Source: Escherichia coli (GTDB lineage: Bacteria > Pseudomonadota > Gammaproteobacteria > Enterobacterales > Enterobacteriaceae). From it: a stretch of 64,000 bases of DNA. The translations under genes and the position numbers were made by a program. Every line of letters starts with the position of its first letter. The first letter of the stretch is position 1. The notes under the pieces were generated by a model. That model made no database searches and was not told the DNA's origin. It worked only from the letters and a program-made list of their open reading frames with translations. Positions 1-12,100 of the stretch are shown here, piece after piece. The stretch is from the NCBI RefSeq assembly GCF_003018235.1, contig NZ_CP027437.1. The stretch is one strand, 5' to 3'.

Positions 1-1320
1 AATAAAGCACACATCATCGCGATCAAAACCATTTTCGCTGTAGACGCTGGAGCGGGAGTGGGTAATCAATTCGTTATGGATGACGTCAATGACCCGATAG
101 CGTTTTCCGGGCGTGAATTGCAGGGCAAAGTCGCTGGCGGAAACTGGCTGGCGGGCAATGGTATTGCCATACGGAGGAGCTGATTGTGCCAGTCTCGCCG
201 ACTCTTCCGCCTGTAAGGTTTGCGCATCAATCGGTTCGCCTTTCACCAGTACCTGCTGCACCGTGACCTTACGCGCATCGCTCAACAGGACGATATCGGC
301 CTGCTTACCGGGTGCCAGTAAGCCGAGGTGATTCAGACCAAAGTGGCGCGCTGTCGACCAGCTGGCGACGCGATATGCCACATGCAGCGGCACACTGTGT
401 TGTTCGATCAGGCGGCGAATTAAGGCATCGATGTGTCCTTCATGGGCGATCTCCCACGGGTTACGGTCATCAGTACAGAGCATGCATTGCGGGCTGTTAA
501 ATTCGTTGATCAACGGTGCCAGAGCGTTGAGATTGCGGGCAGCGGACCCTTCGCGGATCATCAACGACATACCGAGTTGTAATTTCCGGCGTCCTTCTTC
601 CAGCTGATAACTTTCGTGGCAGTTTTCAATACCCGCAGCAATATAGGCGTTAAGTTCTTTACCAACCAAACCCGGGCAGTGACCGTCCAGCGTCAGGTGG
701 CGAAATGCATCCAGTTTATCGAGCAGCGCATTCTGCCCGCTAATTACGCCAGGGTAATCCATCATTTCTGCAAGGCCGGTAACCTGCGGATGGTCCCGCC
801 AGGCGAGCATCTGTTCAAGGGTAAAACTGGCACCGTTAACATCGCAGCCTTCCAGGGCGGGTACGCAAGAGCTGACCTGCAAGTATTGGTTTTGCCTTGC
901 CTGTTCGGCACAGCGGGCAAACCAGGCGAAACCGGCTTCGCCCATCACGTTGACGATTTCATGAGGGTCGCAAATAACGGTCGTCAGGCCGCGCGGCAGG
1001 GTAGCGGTTTCAAAGGTGACCGGCGTCATCATGCTGGATTCAATATGCAGGTGAGCATCAATAAACCCTGGCACCGCCGTTGCGCCGTGGGCATCAATCC
1101 GCTGCAAAGCCGGAGCATCAGTGTATTCTGCGCCAACACCAGCAATGTAACGTCCTTTAATCACAATTGGGCCGGAAATTTCTCCGCCATTGATCAGGTC
1201 GAGAATAGAGACATTATCAATAATATAATCGGCAACAGCGTCGCCACGGGAAACGGCTAACAATTCCTGGTATTCCGCCCGGCTAATGTGATGAAATTTA
1301 TGGTTAATAGAATTATTCAT
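1..1320 (-). CDS. ade: Adenine deaminase, N-terminal ~440 codons (gene continues beyond window start)
   Basis: Reverse-complement of 1261-1320 translates [20 protein letters not shown], which I recognise as the Ade N-terminus; ATG at 1318-1320; plus-strand ORFs at 113-1260 are antisense artefacts. Confidence 0.85.
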   Translation of the reverse strand, partial: MNNSINHKFHHISRAEYQELLAVSRGDAVADYIIDNVSILDLINGGEISGPIVIKGRYIAGVGAEYTDAPALQRIDAHGATAVPGFIDAHLHIESSMMTPVTFETATLPRGLTTVICDPHEIVNVMGEAGFAWFARCAEQARQNQYLQVSSCVPALEGCDVNGASFTLEQMLAWRDHPQVTGLAEMMDYPGVISGQNALLDKLDAFRHLTLDGHCPGLVGKELNAYIAAGIENCHESYQLEEGRRKLQLGMSLMIREGSAARNLNALAPLINEFNSPQCMLCTDDRNPWEIAHEGHIDALIRRLIEQHSVPLHVAYRVASWSTARHFGLNHLGLLAPGKQADIVLLSDARKVTVQQVLVKGEPIDAQTLQAEESARLAQSAPPYGNTIARQPVSASDFALQFTPGKRYRVIDVIHNELITHSRSSVYSENGFDRDDVCFI

Positions 1321-1494
1321 ATTTTTCTCATTTTGATTTTATCAATTTGATTATTATTTATCATAAAGAAACGTCGCGAGATTATTAAAGAATATCCATT
1401 AATGTGCAATTGAAATGTGATAATTATCACTGAACCGTTGTTGTCATTTGTTTTACAAAAGCAAGGGATTAAATCTCCTCCAATGGACAAAAAA

Positions 1495-2829
1495 ATGAAT
1501 AATGACAATACCGATTACGTGAGTAATGAATCAGGGACGCTTTCGCGATTATTTAAACTACCTCAGCATGGGACCACCGTCCGCACAGAATTGATTGCGG
1601 GGATGACCACTTTTTTAACCATGGTGTACATCGTTTTTGTGAACCCGCAAATCCTCGGCGCGGCACAAATGGACCCGAAAGTGGTGTTTGTTACCACCTG
1701 TTTGATTGCCGGTATCGGCAGTATTGCGATGGGGATATTTGCTAACTTACCCGTGGCGCTGGCTCCGGCAATGGGGCTGAACGCCTTCTTTGCGTTCGTG
1801 GTCGTGGGGGCGATGGGTATCTCCTGGCAGACCGGGATGGGCGCGATATTCTGGGGCGCAATTGGGCTATTTTTGCTCACGCTGTTTCGTATCCGTTACT
1901 GGATGATCTCCAACATTCCATTAAGTTTACGTATTGGTATCACCAGCGGAATCGGATTATTTATTGCCTTAATGGGATTAAAAAACACTGGCGTTATTGT
2001 CGCCAATAAAGACACCCTGGTGATGATTGGCGATTTAAGTTCTCACGGCGTGTTGTTAGGTATTTTAGGGTTTTTTATTATAACCGTGTTGTCATCACGT
2101 CATTTTCATGCCGCGGTGCTGGTTTCTATTGTGGTGACGTCTTGCTGTGGCTTATTTTTCGGTGATGTTCATTTTAGCGGTGTCTATTCCATTCCGCCTG
2201 ATATTAGCGGCGTCATTGGTGAAGTAGATTTGAGCGGCGCGTTAACACTTGAACTCGCCGGTATCATTTTCTCCTTTATGCTGATCAACCTATTTGATTC
2301 ATCAGGAACATTAATTGGTGTAACTGATAAAGCTGGCTTAATAGATAGTAACGGTCAATTCCCCAATATGAATAAGGCGCTGTATGTTGATAGCGTCAGT
2401 TCGGTGGCAGGCGCATTTATTGGTACCTCATCTGTTACTGCCTATATTGAAAGTACTTCTGGTGTGGCGGTCGGTGGTCGCACGGGGCTGACTGCGGTTG
2501 TGGTCGGCGTTATGTTCCTGTTGGTTATGTTCTTCTCACCGCTGGTGGCGATGGTTCCTCCTTACGCAACCGCCGGAGCGTTAATCTTTGTTGGCGTGCT
2601 GATGACTTCGAGCCTGGCGCGCGTTAACTGGGATGATTTTACCGAATCGGTGCCTGCGTTTATTACCACGGTGATGATGCCCTTTACTTTCTCGATCACC
2701 GAAGGGATTGCACTTGGCTTTATGTCGTACTGCATCATGAAAGTATGCACCGGGCGCTGGCGCGATCTGAACCTGTGTGTGGTGGTGGTCGCAGCTCTGT
2801 TTGCACTGAAGATTATTCTGGTGGATTAG
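1495..2829 (+). CDS. adeQ: Adenine permease (NCS2 family purine transporter), 444 aa
   Basis: ORF 1417-2829; conserved start MNNDNTDYVSNESG at 1495; multi-pass hydrophobic profile; divergent from ade as in E. coli. Confidence 0.85.
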   Translation: MNNDNTDYVSNESGTLSRLFKLPQHGTTVRTELIAGMTTFLTMVYIVFVNPQILGAAQMDPKVVFVTTCLIAGIGSIAMGIFANLPVALAPAMGLNAFFAFVVVGAMGISWQTGMGAIFWGAIGLFLLTLFRIRYWMISNIPLSLRIGITSGIGLFIALMGLKNTGVIVANKDTLVMIGDLSSHGVLLGILGFFIITVLSSRHFHAAVLVSIVVTSCCGLFFGDVHFSGVYSIPPDISGVIGEVDLSGALTLELAGIIFSFMLINLFDSSGTLIGVTDKAGLIDSNGQFPNMNKALYVDSVSSVAGAFIGTSSVTAYIESTSGVAVGGRTGLTAVVVGVMFLLVMFFSPLVAMVPPYATAGALIFVGVLMTSSLARVNWDDFTESVPAFITTVMMPFTFSITEGIALGFMSYCIMKVCTGRWRDLNLCVVVVAALFALKIILVD

Positions 2830-2854
2830 TAACTGGCGAGGGTTTCCAGATATC

Positions 2855-3334
2855 ATGAGTTCTGATTACGCAGGAGAACTCATGATCTGGATAATGCTCG
2901 CCACGCTGGCGGTAGTGTTTGTGGTTGGTTTTCGGGTGCTGACATCCGGGGCCAGAAAAGCGATTCGCCGTCTCAGCGATCGGCTGAACATCGATGTCGT
3001 ACCCGTGGAGTCGATGGTCGATCAAATGGGAAAGTCAGCCGGTGACGAATTTTTACGTTATTTGCATCGCCCGGATGAGTCGCACCTGCAAAACGCCGCG
3101 CAGGTGTTGCTTATCTGGCAAATTGTCATTGTCGATGGTAGCGAACAGAACCTGCTGCAATGGCATCGGATTTTACAAAAAGCCCGTCTTGCCGCGCCGA
3201 TTACCGATGCTCAGGTCAGGCTGGCGCTGGGTTTTCTGCGCGAAACCGAACCTGAAATGCAGGATATTAATGCTTTTCAGATGCGCTATAACGCGTTCTT
3301 TCAGCCTGCCGAGGGCGTTCACTGGCTGCATTAA
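2855..3334 (+). CDS. yicN: YicN family small membrane protein (DUF1198); true start may be ATG at 2882 (MIWIMLATL)
   Basis: ORF translation contains N-terminal hydrophobic helix and matches remembered YicN sequence. Confidence 0.75.
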   Translation: MSSDYAGELMIWIMLATLAVVFVVGFRVLTSGARKAIRRLSDRLNIDVVPVESMVDQMGKSAGDEFLRYLHRPDESHLQNAAQVLLIWQIVIVDGSEQNLLQWHRILQKARLAAPITDAQVRLALGFLRETEPEMQDINAFQMRYNAFFQPAEGVHWLH

Positions 3335-3337
3335 AAC

Positions 3338-3412
3338 CGCTTCGTCTTATCAGCCTACAGACCGCGCCTGACCTGTAGGGTGGATAAGGCGTTCACGCCG
3401 CATCCGGTATCG
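3338..3412. repeat. REP/BIME-type repetitive extragenic palindromic element
   Basis: Imperfect palindromes cgtcttatcagcctacag / ctgtagggtggataaggcg and gcgttcacgccgcatccggta typical of E. coli REP units, located just 3' of yicN. Confidence 0.65.
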
Positions 3413-3449
3413 GAACTGACAGTAGGTGAACGCATTATCTACGTTCTAT

Positions 3450-3773
3450 TTACAGCAGCACCTCCAGCCCGTGTTTTTGCACAATGCTGAGCAGTTTTAA
3501 TGAAATGCCATTGGGGCGTTTAGCGCCACTTTCCCATTTTTGTACAGTTGAAACGCTGGTATTGAGATAGTGAGCGAAGACGGGCTGACTCACTTTTAAT
3601 TTTTCCCGCAGTGCTTTTATCTCAACAGGTTGTAAGTCTTGCACGCTGGTCAGGCAGGCTTTGTCAAAAGTACGCATCGTTTCGGCAGAAATAGCATTGA
3701 CGCTGGACAATCCAGCCGCTGCGCTGTGAATAGCCTCAAATGCAGGACTTTTAAATTTAGTTTTTGCAGTCAT
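3450..3773 (-). CDS. HTH XRE-family antitoxin (putative addiction-module antidote), 107 aa
   Basis: C-terminal helix-turn-helix segment (LREKLKVSQPVFAHYLNTSVSTVQKWESGAKRPNGISLKLL); overlaps upstream toxin ORF by 17 nt. Confidence 0.6.
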   Translation of the reverse strand: MTAKTKFKSPAFEAIHSAAAGLSSVNAISAETMRTFDKACLTSVQDLQPVEIKALREKLKVSQPVFAHYLNTSVSTVQKWESGAKRPNGISLKLLSIVQKHGLEVLL

Positions 3774-4116
3774 AGCAGATCTCTGTCAGTTCTTTAGTGT
3801 TAATCATTGCTGTCAGTTGGGCTTTCGTCAGGAAGGCATAATGCTTTGCAAGTTCACGAAACCCAGCCAGTTCCTGACTATTAATGTTCGACATATCCTG
3901 TTTTGCATATAAAAACGTGTAAAACCAATTGCTTCCCCCTTTCGCCAGAATAATTGCACGCTCACGATTTTTGTGAAGGCGCTTTTTAAAAACGCCACCA
4001 CCAAGTACATCAGCTTTACCTTGTTCCGTTTCTAAAATGGCCCGGCACAACTCTTCATCTGTTATTGCATGAGACCTGGCTTCCCTTGCAAACCATTTGG
4101 TTTTAAACACGCGCAT
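3757..4116 (-). CDS. RelE/ParE-superfamily-like toxin (putative addiction-module killer), 119 aa
   Basis: Small basic protein encoded immediately upstream of and overlapping an XRE antitoxin (toxin-first order as in HigBA-type modules); family assignment from recalled motif pattern, not searched. Confidence 0.5.
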   Translation of the reverse strand: MRVFKTKWFAREARSHAITDEELCRAILETEQGKADVLGGGVFKKRLHKNRERAIILAKGGSNWFYTFLYAKQDMSNINSQELAGFRELAKHYAFLTKAQLTAMINTKELTEICYDCKN

Positions 4117-4343
4117 ATCGTTGAGATCCTGTTATTAAAGTATATCACCAAGTGCAATACTTTATCCCTTATTCCCAACCTAATCGCGAAAATGCATATC
4201 ACCTTGCCCTATGATTTTTATTTCTTCGAGCAGCCTCGAACTTTTCCCACAACACCGTAAAAGTTGCAAAAACGTTAAATGCGTCACACATTTCAATGTT
4301 AAAGTGGTCGGCTTTTCCCCTGAAACATGCCACGGGTAACACC

Positions 4344-5528
4344 ATGAGTGAATTTATTGCCGAAAACCGCGGCGCGGATGTCATCACCCGACCGAACTGG
4401 TCAGCCGTTTTCTCGGTGGCGTTTTGCGTCGCCTGTCTGATTATCGTTGAGTTTTTGCCCGTCAGTTTGTTGACGCCAATGGCCCAGGATTTAGGCATTT
4501 CGGAGGGGGTTGCCGGGCAATCGGTGACCGTGACCGCTTTTGTGGCAATGTTTGCCAGTTTGTTTATTACCCAGACAATTCAGGCCACTGACCGCCGCTA
4601 CGTTGTTATTTTGTTTGCCGTTTTGCTGACGCTCTCCTGCTTGCTGGTTTCCTTTGCTAACTCATTCAGTTTGCTTTTAATTGGTCGTGCCTGTCTGGGG
4701 CTGGCGCTGGGCGGGTTCTGGGCGATGTCGGCGTCGCTGACCATGCGTCTGGTGCCGCCGCGTACGGTGCCGAAGGCGCTGTCGGTGATCTTCGGCGCGG
4801 TTTCTATTGCGCTGGTGATTGCTGCGCCGTTGGGCAGTTTTTTAGGCGAGCTTATCGGTTGGCGCAATGTCTTTAATGCGGCGGCGGCGATGGGCGTGTT
4901 GTGTATTTTCTGGATTATCAAATCATTGCCTTCGCTGCCAGGCGAACCCTCGCATCAGAAACAAAATACTTTCCGCTTATTACAACGTCCGGGTGTGATG
5001 GCAGGGATGCTCGCCATCTTCATGTCTTTCGCCGGGCAGTTTGCTTTCTTCACGTATATTCGCCCGGTGTATATGAACCTGGCGGGATTCGGCGTGGATG
5101 GCTTAACGCTGGTGCTGTTGAGTTTTGGTATCGCCAGCTTTATTGGTACGTCGCTTTCGTCGTTCATTCTTAAACGTTCGGTAAAACTGGCCTTAGCAGG
5201 CGCGCCGTTAATACTGGCAGTGAGTGCGTTGGTGCTGACGTTGTGGGGAAGCGATAAAATCGTTGCTACCGGCGTGGCGATTATCTGGGGGCTAACTTTT
5301 GCATTGGTTCCTGTCGGCTGGTCAACGTGGATCACCCGCTCACTGGCCGATCAGGCAGAAAAAGCCGGGTCTATTCAGGTGGCGGTTATTCAGCTTGCTA
5401 ATACCTGTGGCGCGGCAATCGGCGGTTATGCGCTGGATAATATTGGTCTGACTTCGCCGTTGATGTTGTCCGGCACATTGATGTTGCTGACGGCGTTATT
5501 GGTCACCGCAAAGGTGAAAATGAAGTAA
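4344..5528 (+). CDS. nepI: Purine ribonucleoside efflux pump (MFS), 395 aa
   Basis: ORF 4296-5528; conserved start [12 protein letters not shown] at 4344; 12-TM MFS profile; matches remembered NepI/YicM. Confidence 0.85.
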   Translation: MSEFIAENRGADVITRPNWSAVFSVAFCVACLIIVEFLPVSLLTPMAQDLGISEGVAGQSVTVTAFVAMFASLFITQTIQATDRRYVVILFAVLLTLSCLLVSFANSFSLLLIGRACLGLALGGFWAMSASLTMRLVPPRTVPKALSVIFGAVSIALVIAAPLGSFLGELIGWRNVFNAAAAMGVLCIFWIIKSLPSLPGEPSHQKQNTFRLLQRPGVMAGMLAIFMSFAGQFAFFTYIRPVYMNLAGFGVDGLTLVLLSFGIASFIGTSLSSFILKRSVKLALAGAPLILAVSALVLTLWGSDKIVATGVAIIWGLTFALVPVGWSTWITRSLADQAEKAGSIQVAVIQLANTCGAAIGGYALDNIGLTSPLMLSGTLMLLTALLVTAKVKMK

Positions 5529-5729
5529 CGTATTTACAGGAGGGTTATTGCTCTGGCGGGAAAGCTCTCCTGTTCTTCCCCCTGATAACCCTTGATCAGG
5601 TATTGTTCTTATCTTGTTGTTATTTCCATTATTCCGCCTGTATTCATCATTTGCTAATCATGAATCATCATTTTCTCTCATGTTAAAGAAAGGTCATTTA
5701 ATCTGAACGCATAGCGACAGGGATGACAA

Positions 5730-7041
5730 ATGGCAGGGAAAGCGCATGGGAACGGCGATCGTCGGGGCGATAACACCATATGTGGATTGGGGGATCGTTT
5801 ACGTCGTCTGACCGCCGGTATTTGCCTGATAACACAAACTATTTTCCCTGTTATGGCTGCTGCCCCTACGCATATTAATCCTGCGCATTCGGATACTGCC
5901 GCGTCACTGATCCTGCCGAACGTTAAAACTATTCCATATACCCTGGGTGCGTTGGAATCGCCACCTACGGTCGCGGCACGCTTTGGTATCACCGTTGATG
6001 AATTACGTCGCCTGAATCAGTTCCGTACCTTTGCGCGGGGCTTTGACAATGTGCGTCAGGGCGATGAAATAGATGTGCCCCTCATTAACAGTAACAGCCC
6101 TGAAGCGCGCAACCTGAAAGCAATGCAGATGGAGCGCGATGGCAAAGATCCGCAAATGCAGGTCGCGGAAGTGGCGCAGCAAAGCGGAACACTTTTAGCG
6201 CGCGATATGGACAGCGAACAGGCTGCAAGTATGGCGCGTGGCTGGGTGGCTTCTTCTGCCTCTGCGCAGGCAACGGACTGGCTCAGTCGTTGGGGAACTG
6301 CCCGGGTATCTCTTGGTGTGGATGAAGATTTCAGCCTTAAAAGCTCGTCATTTGAATTTCTCCATCCCTGGTACGAAACGCCGGATAACCTGGTCTTCAG
6401 CCAGCACACACTTCACCGTACGGATGATCGCACTCAAACCAACCACGGTATCGGCTGGCGTTATTTCACATCGAGCTGGATGTCTGGCGTCAATATGTTT
6501 ATCGATCATGACCTGACCCGCTATCACACCCGAACCGGGATGGGCGTTGAATACTGGCGCGATTACCTGAAACTGAGTGGCAACGGTTATCTGCGCCTCA
6601 GTAACTGGCGTAGTGCACCGGAACTCGACAATGACTATGAAGCACGTCCGGCGAACGGTTGGGATCTTCGCGCCGAAGGCTGGTTACCGGCCTGGCCGCA
6701 GCTGGGCGGCAAGCTGGTCTATGAACAATATTATGGCGATGAAGTGGCGCTGTTTGGTAAAGACGGGCGACAAAATGATCCTCACGCGATTACCGCAGGT
6801 TTGAGTTACACCCCCGTTCCCCTGATCTCCTTTAGTGCCGAGCAACGGCAGGGCAAACAGGGAGAAAACGACACCCGAATTGGTATGGAGTTGACGTTGC
6901 AACCCGGCCATTCACTGCAAAAACAGCTCGATCCGGCTGAAGTTGCAGCACGACGTAGCCTTGTGGGCAGTCGCTATGACCTGGTCGATCGTAATAACAA
7001 TATTGTCCTCGAATATCGCAAGAAAGAGCTGGTGCGGCTGA
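5730..7041 (+). other. Signal peptide + LysM + inverse-autotransporter beta-barrel translocation unit of the adhesin
   Basis: Signal-like segment LTAGICLITQTIFPVMAAAP; LysM-like YTLGALESPPTVAARFGITVDELRRLNQF; barrel motifs shared with intimin. Confidence 0.7.
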
Positions 7042-9170
7042 CGCTGACCGATCCGTTGAAAGGCAAGCCGGGTGAGGTTAAATCGCTGGTTTCTTCCTTA
7101 CAAACCAAATATGCGCTGAAAGGTTATGACATTGAAGCCGCCTCCCTGCAATCAGCGGGCGGAAAAGTAGCTGTTTCCGGCAAGGATATTCAGGTCACTA
7201 TTCCTCCCTACCGATTCACGGCAATGCCTGAAACCGACAACACTTACCCGATAGCGGTTACAGCGGAAGATTCGAAAGGAAATTTCTCCCGGCGTGAAGA
7301 AAGTATGGTGGTCGTGGAAAAACCCACATTAAGCCTCGCCGATTCAACGCTTTCTGTCGATCTGCAAATCCTGCTTGCTGATGGAAAATCAACCTCAACG
7401 CTGACCTATACCGCGCGAGATTCCAGCGGCAAGCCGATCCCCGGTATGACGTTAAAAACACAGGCAAAAGGTTTGCAGGATTTCGCCTTAAGCGAATGGA
7501 AAGACAACGGTAACGGAACCTATACCCAAATAGTTACCGCCGGGAAGACGTCTGGCGCGTTATCGCTGATGCCGCAATTTAACGGCGACGATATCGCTAA
7601 GACGCCAGCGCTGATTGCTATCGTGGCGAATACAGCATCCCGCGCTGACTCCACGATTGAGACAGACCAGGATAATTACGTCGCGGGTAAGCCGATAGTC
7701 GTTAAAGTGACCCTGAGAGATGATAACGGCAACGGGGTTACCGGACGAAAAGAACTTCTCAAACAAACCGTTAAAGTTGACAACACGAAGGCTGATGCCG
7801 TTAGTGCCTGGACGGAAGAAAGTGAGGGAATTTACAAAGCAAGCTATACGGCCCATCTCATTGGCGACAAATTAACGGCCCAGCTGACGATGCCCGGCTG
7901 GCAAACCAAACATTCGGATGCGTTCAGTATTGCGGGTGATAAAGATACCGCCAAAATCGCTGCGATGCAGATCACCGCGAATAACGCAGTTGCCAGACGC
8001 GATCACAATACCGTCGCTGTGACGGTCAGGGATGTGCATCAAAATTTACTGCAGGGACAAAATGTTACCTTCACGGTCGTGAATGGTGCGGCGGTTTTTG
8101 CCGATCCAAATGGCGGTATTGTGACGACAGATAAAGACGGGATTGCCAGCGTTAACCTTGCCAGTGACCAGGCGGTAAACAGTCTTATCAAGGCCGAGAC
8201 CAATGGCAGTAGTCAGTCTGTGGAAGTGAGCTTTATTACTGGCGATATCTCTCAGCTGACTTCCACCATCAAGACAGACGATGTGTCATACACCGCGGGT
8301 GGTAAGATAAAAGTGTCAGTTACCCTTATGGATGAGCAGAAAAACCTGGTGAAAGGGATGGCTTCGCTGCTGGCGGGTAGCGGTGTGGTTGAGGTGAGCG
8401 GTACAGATAAAAATGAAACGGGTAACTGGAGCGAAGAGTCTGATGGCGTTTACACCACCACCCGAACCGCGAAGATTGCTGGCGATCGCCATTACGCCAC
8501 GCTGAAACTATCGACATGGAGTAGCGCGCAGCAATCTGATGCGTATGCCATACGCGAAAGCGGAGCTGTGCTGGCTTATTCCTCCATCGTTACCGACAAA
8601 ACGGCCTACACCGCGGGCGGCGCGATAAAAGTTACGGTAACACTCAAGGATAGCTATGAAAACCTGGTCGGGGGGCAGCGAGACGCTATCAACCAGGCTA
8701 TCCAGCTGCCAAATACAAAAGCGGAAAGCATCGCCTGGAATGAAGATCAAAAAGGAATTTATACCGCAACGTATACCGCCTTACTCCCTGGCACCGGTTT
8801 AAAAGCACAGCTACAGATGTCCGGCTGGGCGAACGCTCTGACTTCAAATGATTACAGTATTAGTGGCGATGCCGCCAGTGCACAAATTGTCGCGATGCAA
8901 GTGACAACGGGTAACCCGGATGTGCTGGCGAATGGCAGCGATCGACATACGGTGAATGTCCGGGTGGAAGATCAGTTTGGCAATGTGCTGCCGGAGCAGA
9001 CCGTCACCTTTACGGTGACGAAGGGGGCGGCTGTATTTGCCAATGCAGGGCAGAGCGCAGATATCAGGACGGATGCGCATGGCATGGCAGAGGTTGATCT
9101 GAGCAGTACCGTAGCGGATGCCAGCACTGTTGAGGCTAAGGTTAATCAAAGCAGCGATAGTAAAACGGTG

Positions 9171-12100
9171 AACTTTGTTGCTGATGTTAGCACGGCGCAG
9201 GTCGCGGAGCTGGTGGTCATTAAGGATGGTTCAGAGGCGGACGGTTCGACGGCGAACACGCTGCGGGTGAAGGTCACCGATGCGTTCGGTAATACGCTTG
9301 CCGGGCAGACGGTCAGCGTGTTGGCGGACAACAGCGCAACGACTGCCCCGACGGTAATCACAGAGCCGGACGGCACGGTGGAGATCAGTGTCACCAGCCA
9401 GACGGCGGGAGCCAGTACTGTCACTGCCAGCATCAACAGCAGCAGCCTGAGCCGGACCGTGACGTTTATCGCCGATGTCAGGACGGCGCAGATCGCGGAT
9501 CTGGTAGTCACCCGGGATAACTCAGTGGCAGACGGTGCAATGGCGAATATGCTGCGGGCGAGGGTCACCGATGCGTTCGGTAATGCGCTTGCCGGGCAGA
9601 CGGTCAGCGTGATGGCAGACAACGGTGCCACGACTGCTCCGACGGTAATCACAGAGCCGGACGGCACGGTGGAGATCAGTGTCACCAGCCAGACGGCGGG
9701 CAGCAGTGCGGTCACCGCCAGCATCAACAGCAGCAGCCAGAGCCGGAACGTGACGTTTGTCGCCGATGTCAGGACGGCGCAGATCGCGGACCTGGTGGTC
9801 ATTAAGGACGACTCAGTGGCAGACGGTGCAATGGCGAATATGCTGCGGGCGAGGGTCACCGATGCGTTCGGTAATGCGCTTGCCGGGCAGACGGTCAGCG
9901 TGTTGGCAGGCAACGGTGCCACGACTGCTCCGACGGTCACCACGCAGCCGGACGGCACGGTGGAGATCTCTGTCACCAGCCAGACGGCGGGCACCAGTGC
10001 GGTCACCGCCAGCATTAACAACAGCAGCCAGAGCCGGAACGTGACGTTTATCGCCGATGTCAGCACGGCGCAGATCGCGAGTCTGGAGGTGACGCAGGAT
10101 AACGCCGTGGCAGACGGTGCGACGGCGAACACGCTGCGGGTGAGGGTGACTGATGCATTCGGTAATGCGCTTGGCGGACAGACGGTCAGCGTGATGGCAG
10201 ACAACGGTGCAACGGTGTCTCCGACGGTCAGTACAGGGCCGGACGGCACGGTGGAAATCAGTGTCACCAGCCAGACGGCAGGCACCAGTGCGGTCACTGC
10301 CAGCATTAACAGCAGCACCCTGAGCCGGAACGTCACGTTTGTCGCGGATGTCAGGACGGCGCAGATCGCGGACCTGGTGGTCATTAAGGACGACTCAGTG
10401 GCAGACGGTGCAATGGCGAATACGTTGCGGGTGAGGGTGACCGATGCGTTCGGTAATGCGCTTGCCGGACAGACGGTCAGCGTGATGGCGGACAACGGTG
10501 CAGCGGTCGCTTCGACGGTCACCACAAAGCCGGACGGCACGGTGGAGATCAGTGTCACCAGCCAGACGGCAGGAATCAGTGTGGTCACCGCCAGCATCAA
10601 CAACAGCATCCAGAGTCAGAACGTGACGTTTGTCGCGGATGTCAGGACGGCGCAGATCGCTGATCTGGTGGTGACGCAGGACGGCTCAGTGGCAGACGGT
10701 TCGACGGCGAACATGCTGCGGGTGAGGGTGACGGATGCGTTCGGTAATGCGCTTGCCGGGCAGACGGTCAGCGTGATGGCAGGCAACGGCGCAACGGTGT
10801 CTCCGACGGTCACTACAGAGCCGGACGGCACGGTGGAGATCAGTGTCACCAGTCAGACGGCGGGCACCAGTGCCGTCACTGCAACCATCAACAGCAGCAG
10901 CCAGAGCCGGGATGTGACGTTTATCGCCGATGTCAGGACGGCGCAGATAGCGAGTCTGGAGGTGACGCAGGATAACTCAGTGGCTGACGGCGCAATGGCG
11001 AACACGCTGCGGGTGAAGGTCACCGATGCGTTCGGTAATGCGCTTGCCGGGCAGACGGTCAGCGTGACGGTAGGCAACGGCGCAACGGTCGCTCCGACTG
11101 CCATCACAGGGCCGGACGGTACGGTGGAGATCAGTGTCACCAGTCAGACGGCGGGCACCAGTGCCGTCACCGCAACCATCAACAGCAGCAGCCAGAGCCG
11201 GAACGTGACGTTTATCGCCGATGTCAGGACGGCGCAGATCGCGAGTCTGGAGGTGACGCAGGATAACGCCGTGGCAGACGGTTCGACGGCGAACACGCTG
11301 CGGGCGAGGGTCACGGATGCGTTCGGTAATACGCTTGCCGGGCAGACGGTCAGCGTGTTGGCGGACAACGGTGCCACGACTGCTCCGACGGTCACCACGC
11401 AGCCGGACGGCACGGTGGAGATCATTGTCACCAGTCAGACGGCGGGAGTCAGTTCTGTCACCGCCAGCATCAACAACAGCACCCTGAGCCGGAACGTGAC
11501 GTTTGTCGCCGATGTCAGGACGGCGAAGATAGCGGACCTGGTGGTTATTAAGGACGGCTCAGTGGCAGACGGCGCGACGGCGAATACGCTGCGGGTGAAG
11601 GTCACCGATGCTAACGGTAATACGCTTGCCGGGCAGACGGTCAGCGTGACGGCAGACAACAGTGCAATGGTCGCTCTGACGGTGATTACAGAGCCGGACG
11701 GCACAGTGGAGATCAGTGTCACCAGTCAGACGGCAGGCACCAGTACAGTCACTGCCAGCATCAACAGCAGCAGCCTGAGCCGGAACGTGACGTTTGTCGC
11801 CGATGTCAGCACGGCAAAAATAGCGGATCTGGTCGTTATCCAGGATAACTCAGTGGCTGACGGCGCAATGGCGAACACGCTGCGGATGAGGGTCACGGAT
11901 GCATTCGGTAATACGCTTGGCGGACAGACGGTCAGCGTGACGGCAGACAACAGTGCAATGGTCGCTTCGACTGTCATCACAGGGCCGGACGGTACGGTGG
12001 AGATCAGTGTCACCAGCCAGACGGCGGGGATCAGTACTGTCACTGCATCCATCAACAACAGCAGCCTGAGCCGGGACGTGACGTTTGTTGCCGATGTCAG

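Noticed and set aside
113-1260. Plus-strand ORFs (72, 62, 214 aa) at the start of the window
   Set aside because: Antisense to the confidently identified adenine deaminase gene on the minus strand.
5592-5604. 13-bp sequence TTGATCAGGTATT at the nepI-side edge of the island, repeated at 27675-27687 near the selC 3' end; considered as possible att-like direct repeats
   Set aside because: Chance 13-mer matches are expected many times in 64 kb, and the interval between the copies includes core genes (yicS, nlpA, yicL, setC), so it does not delimit an island.
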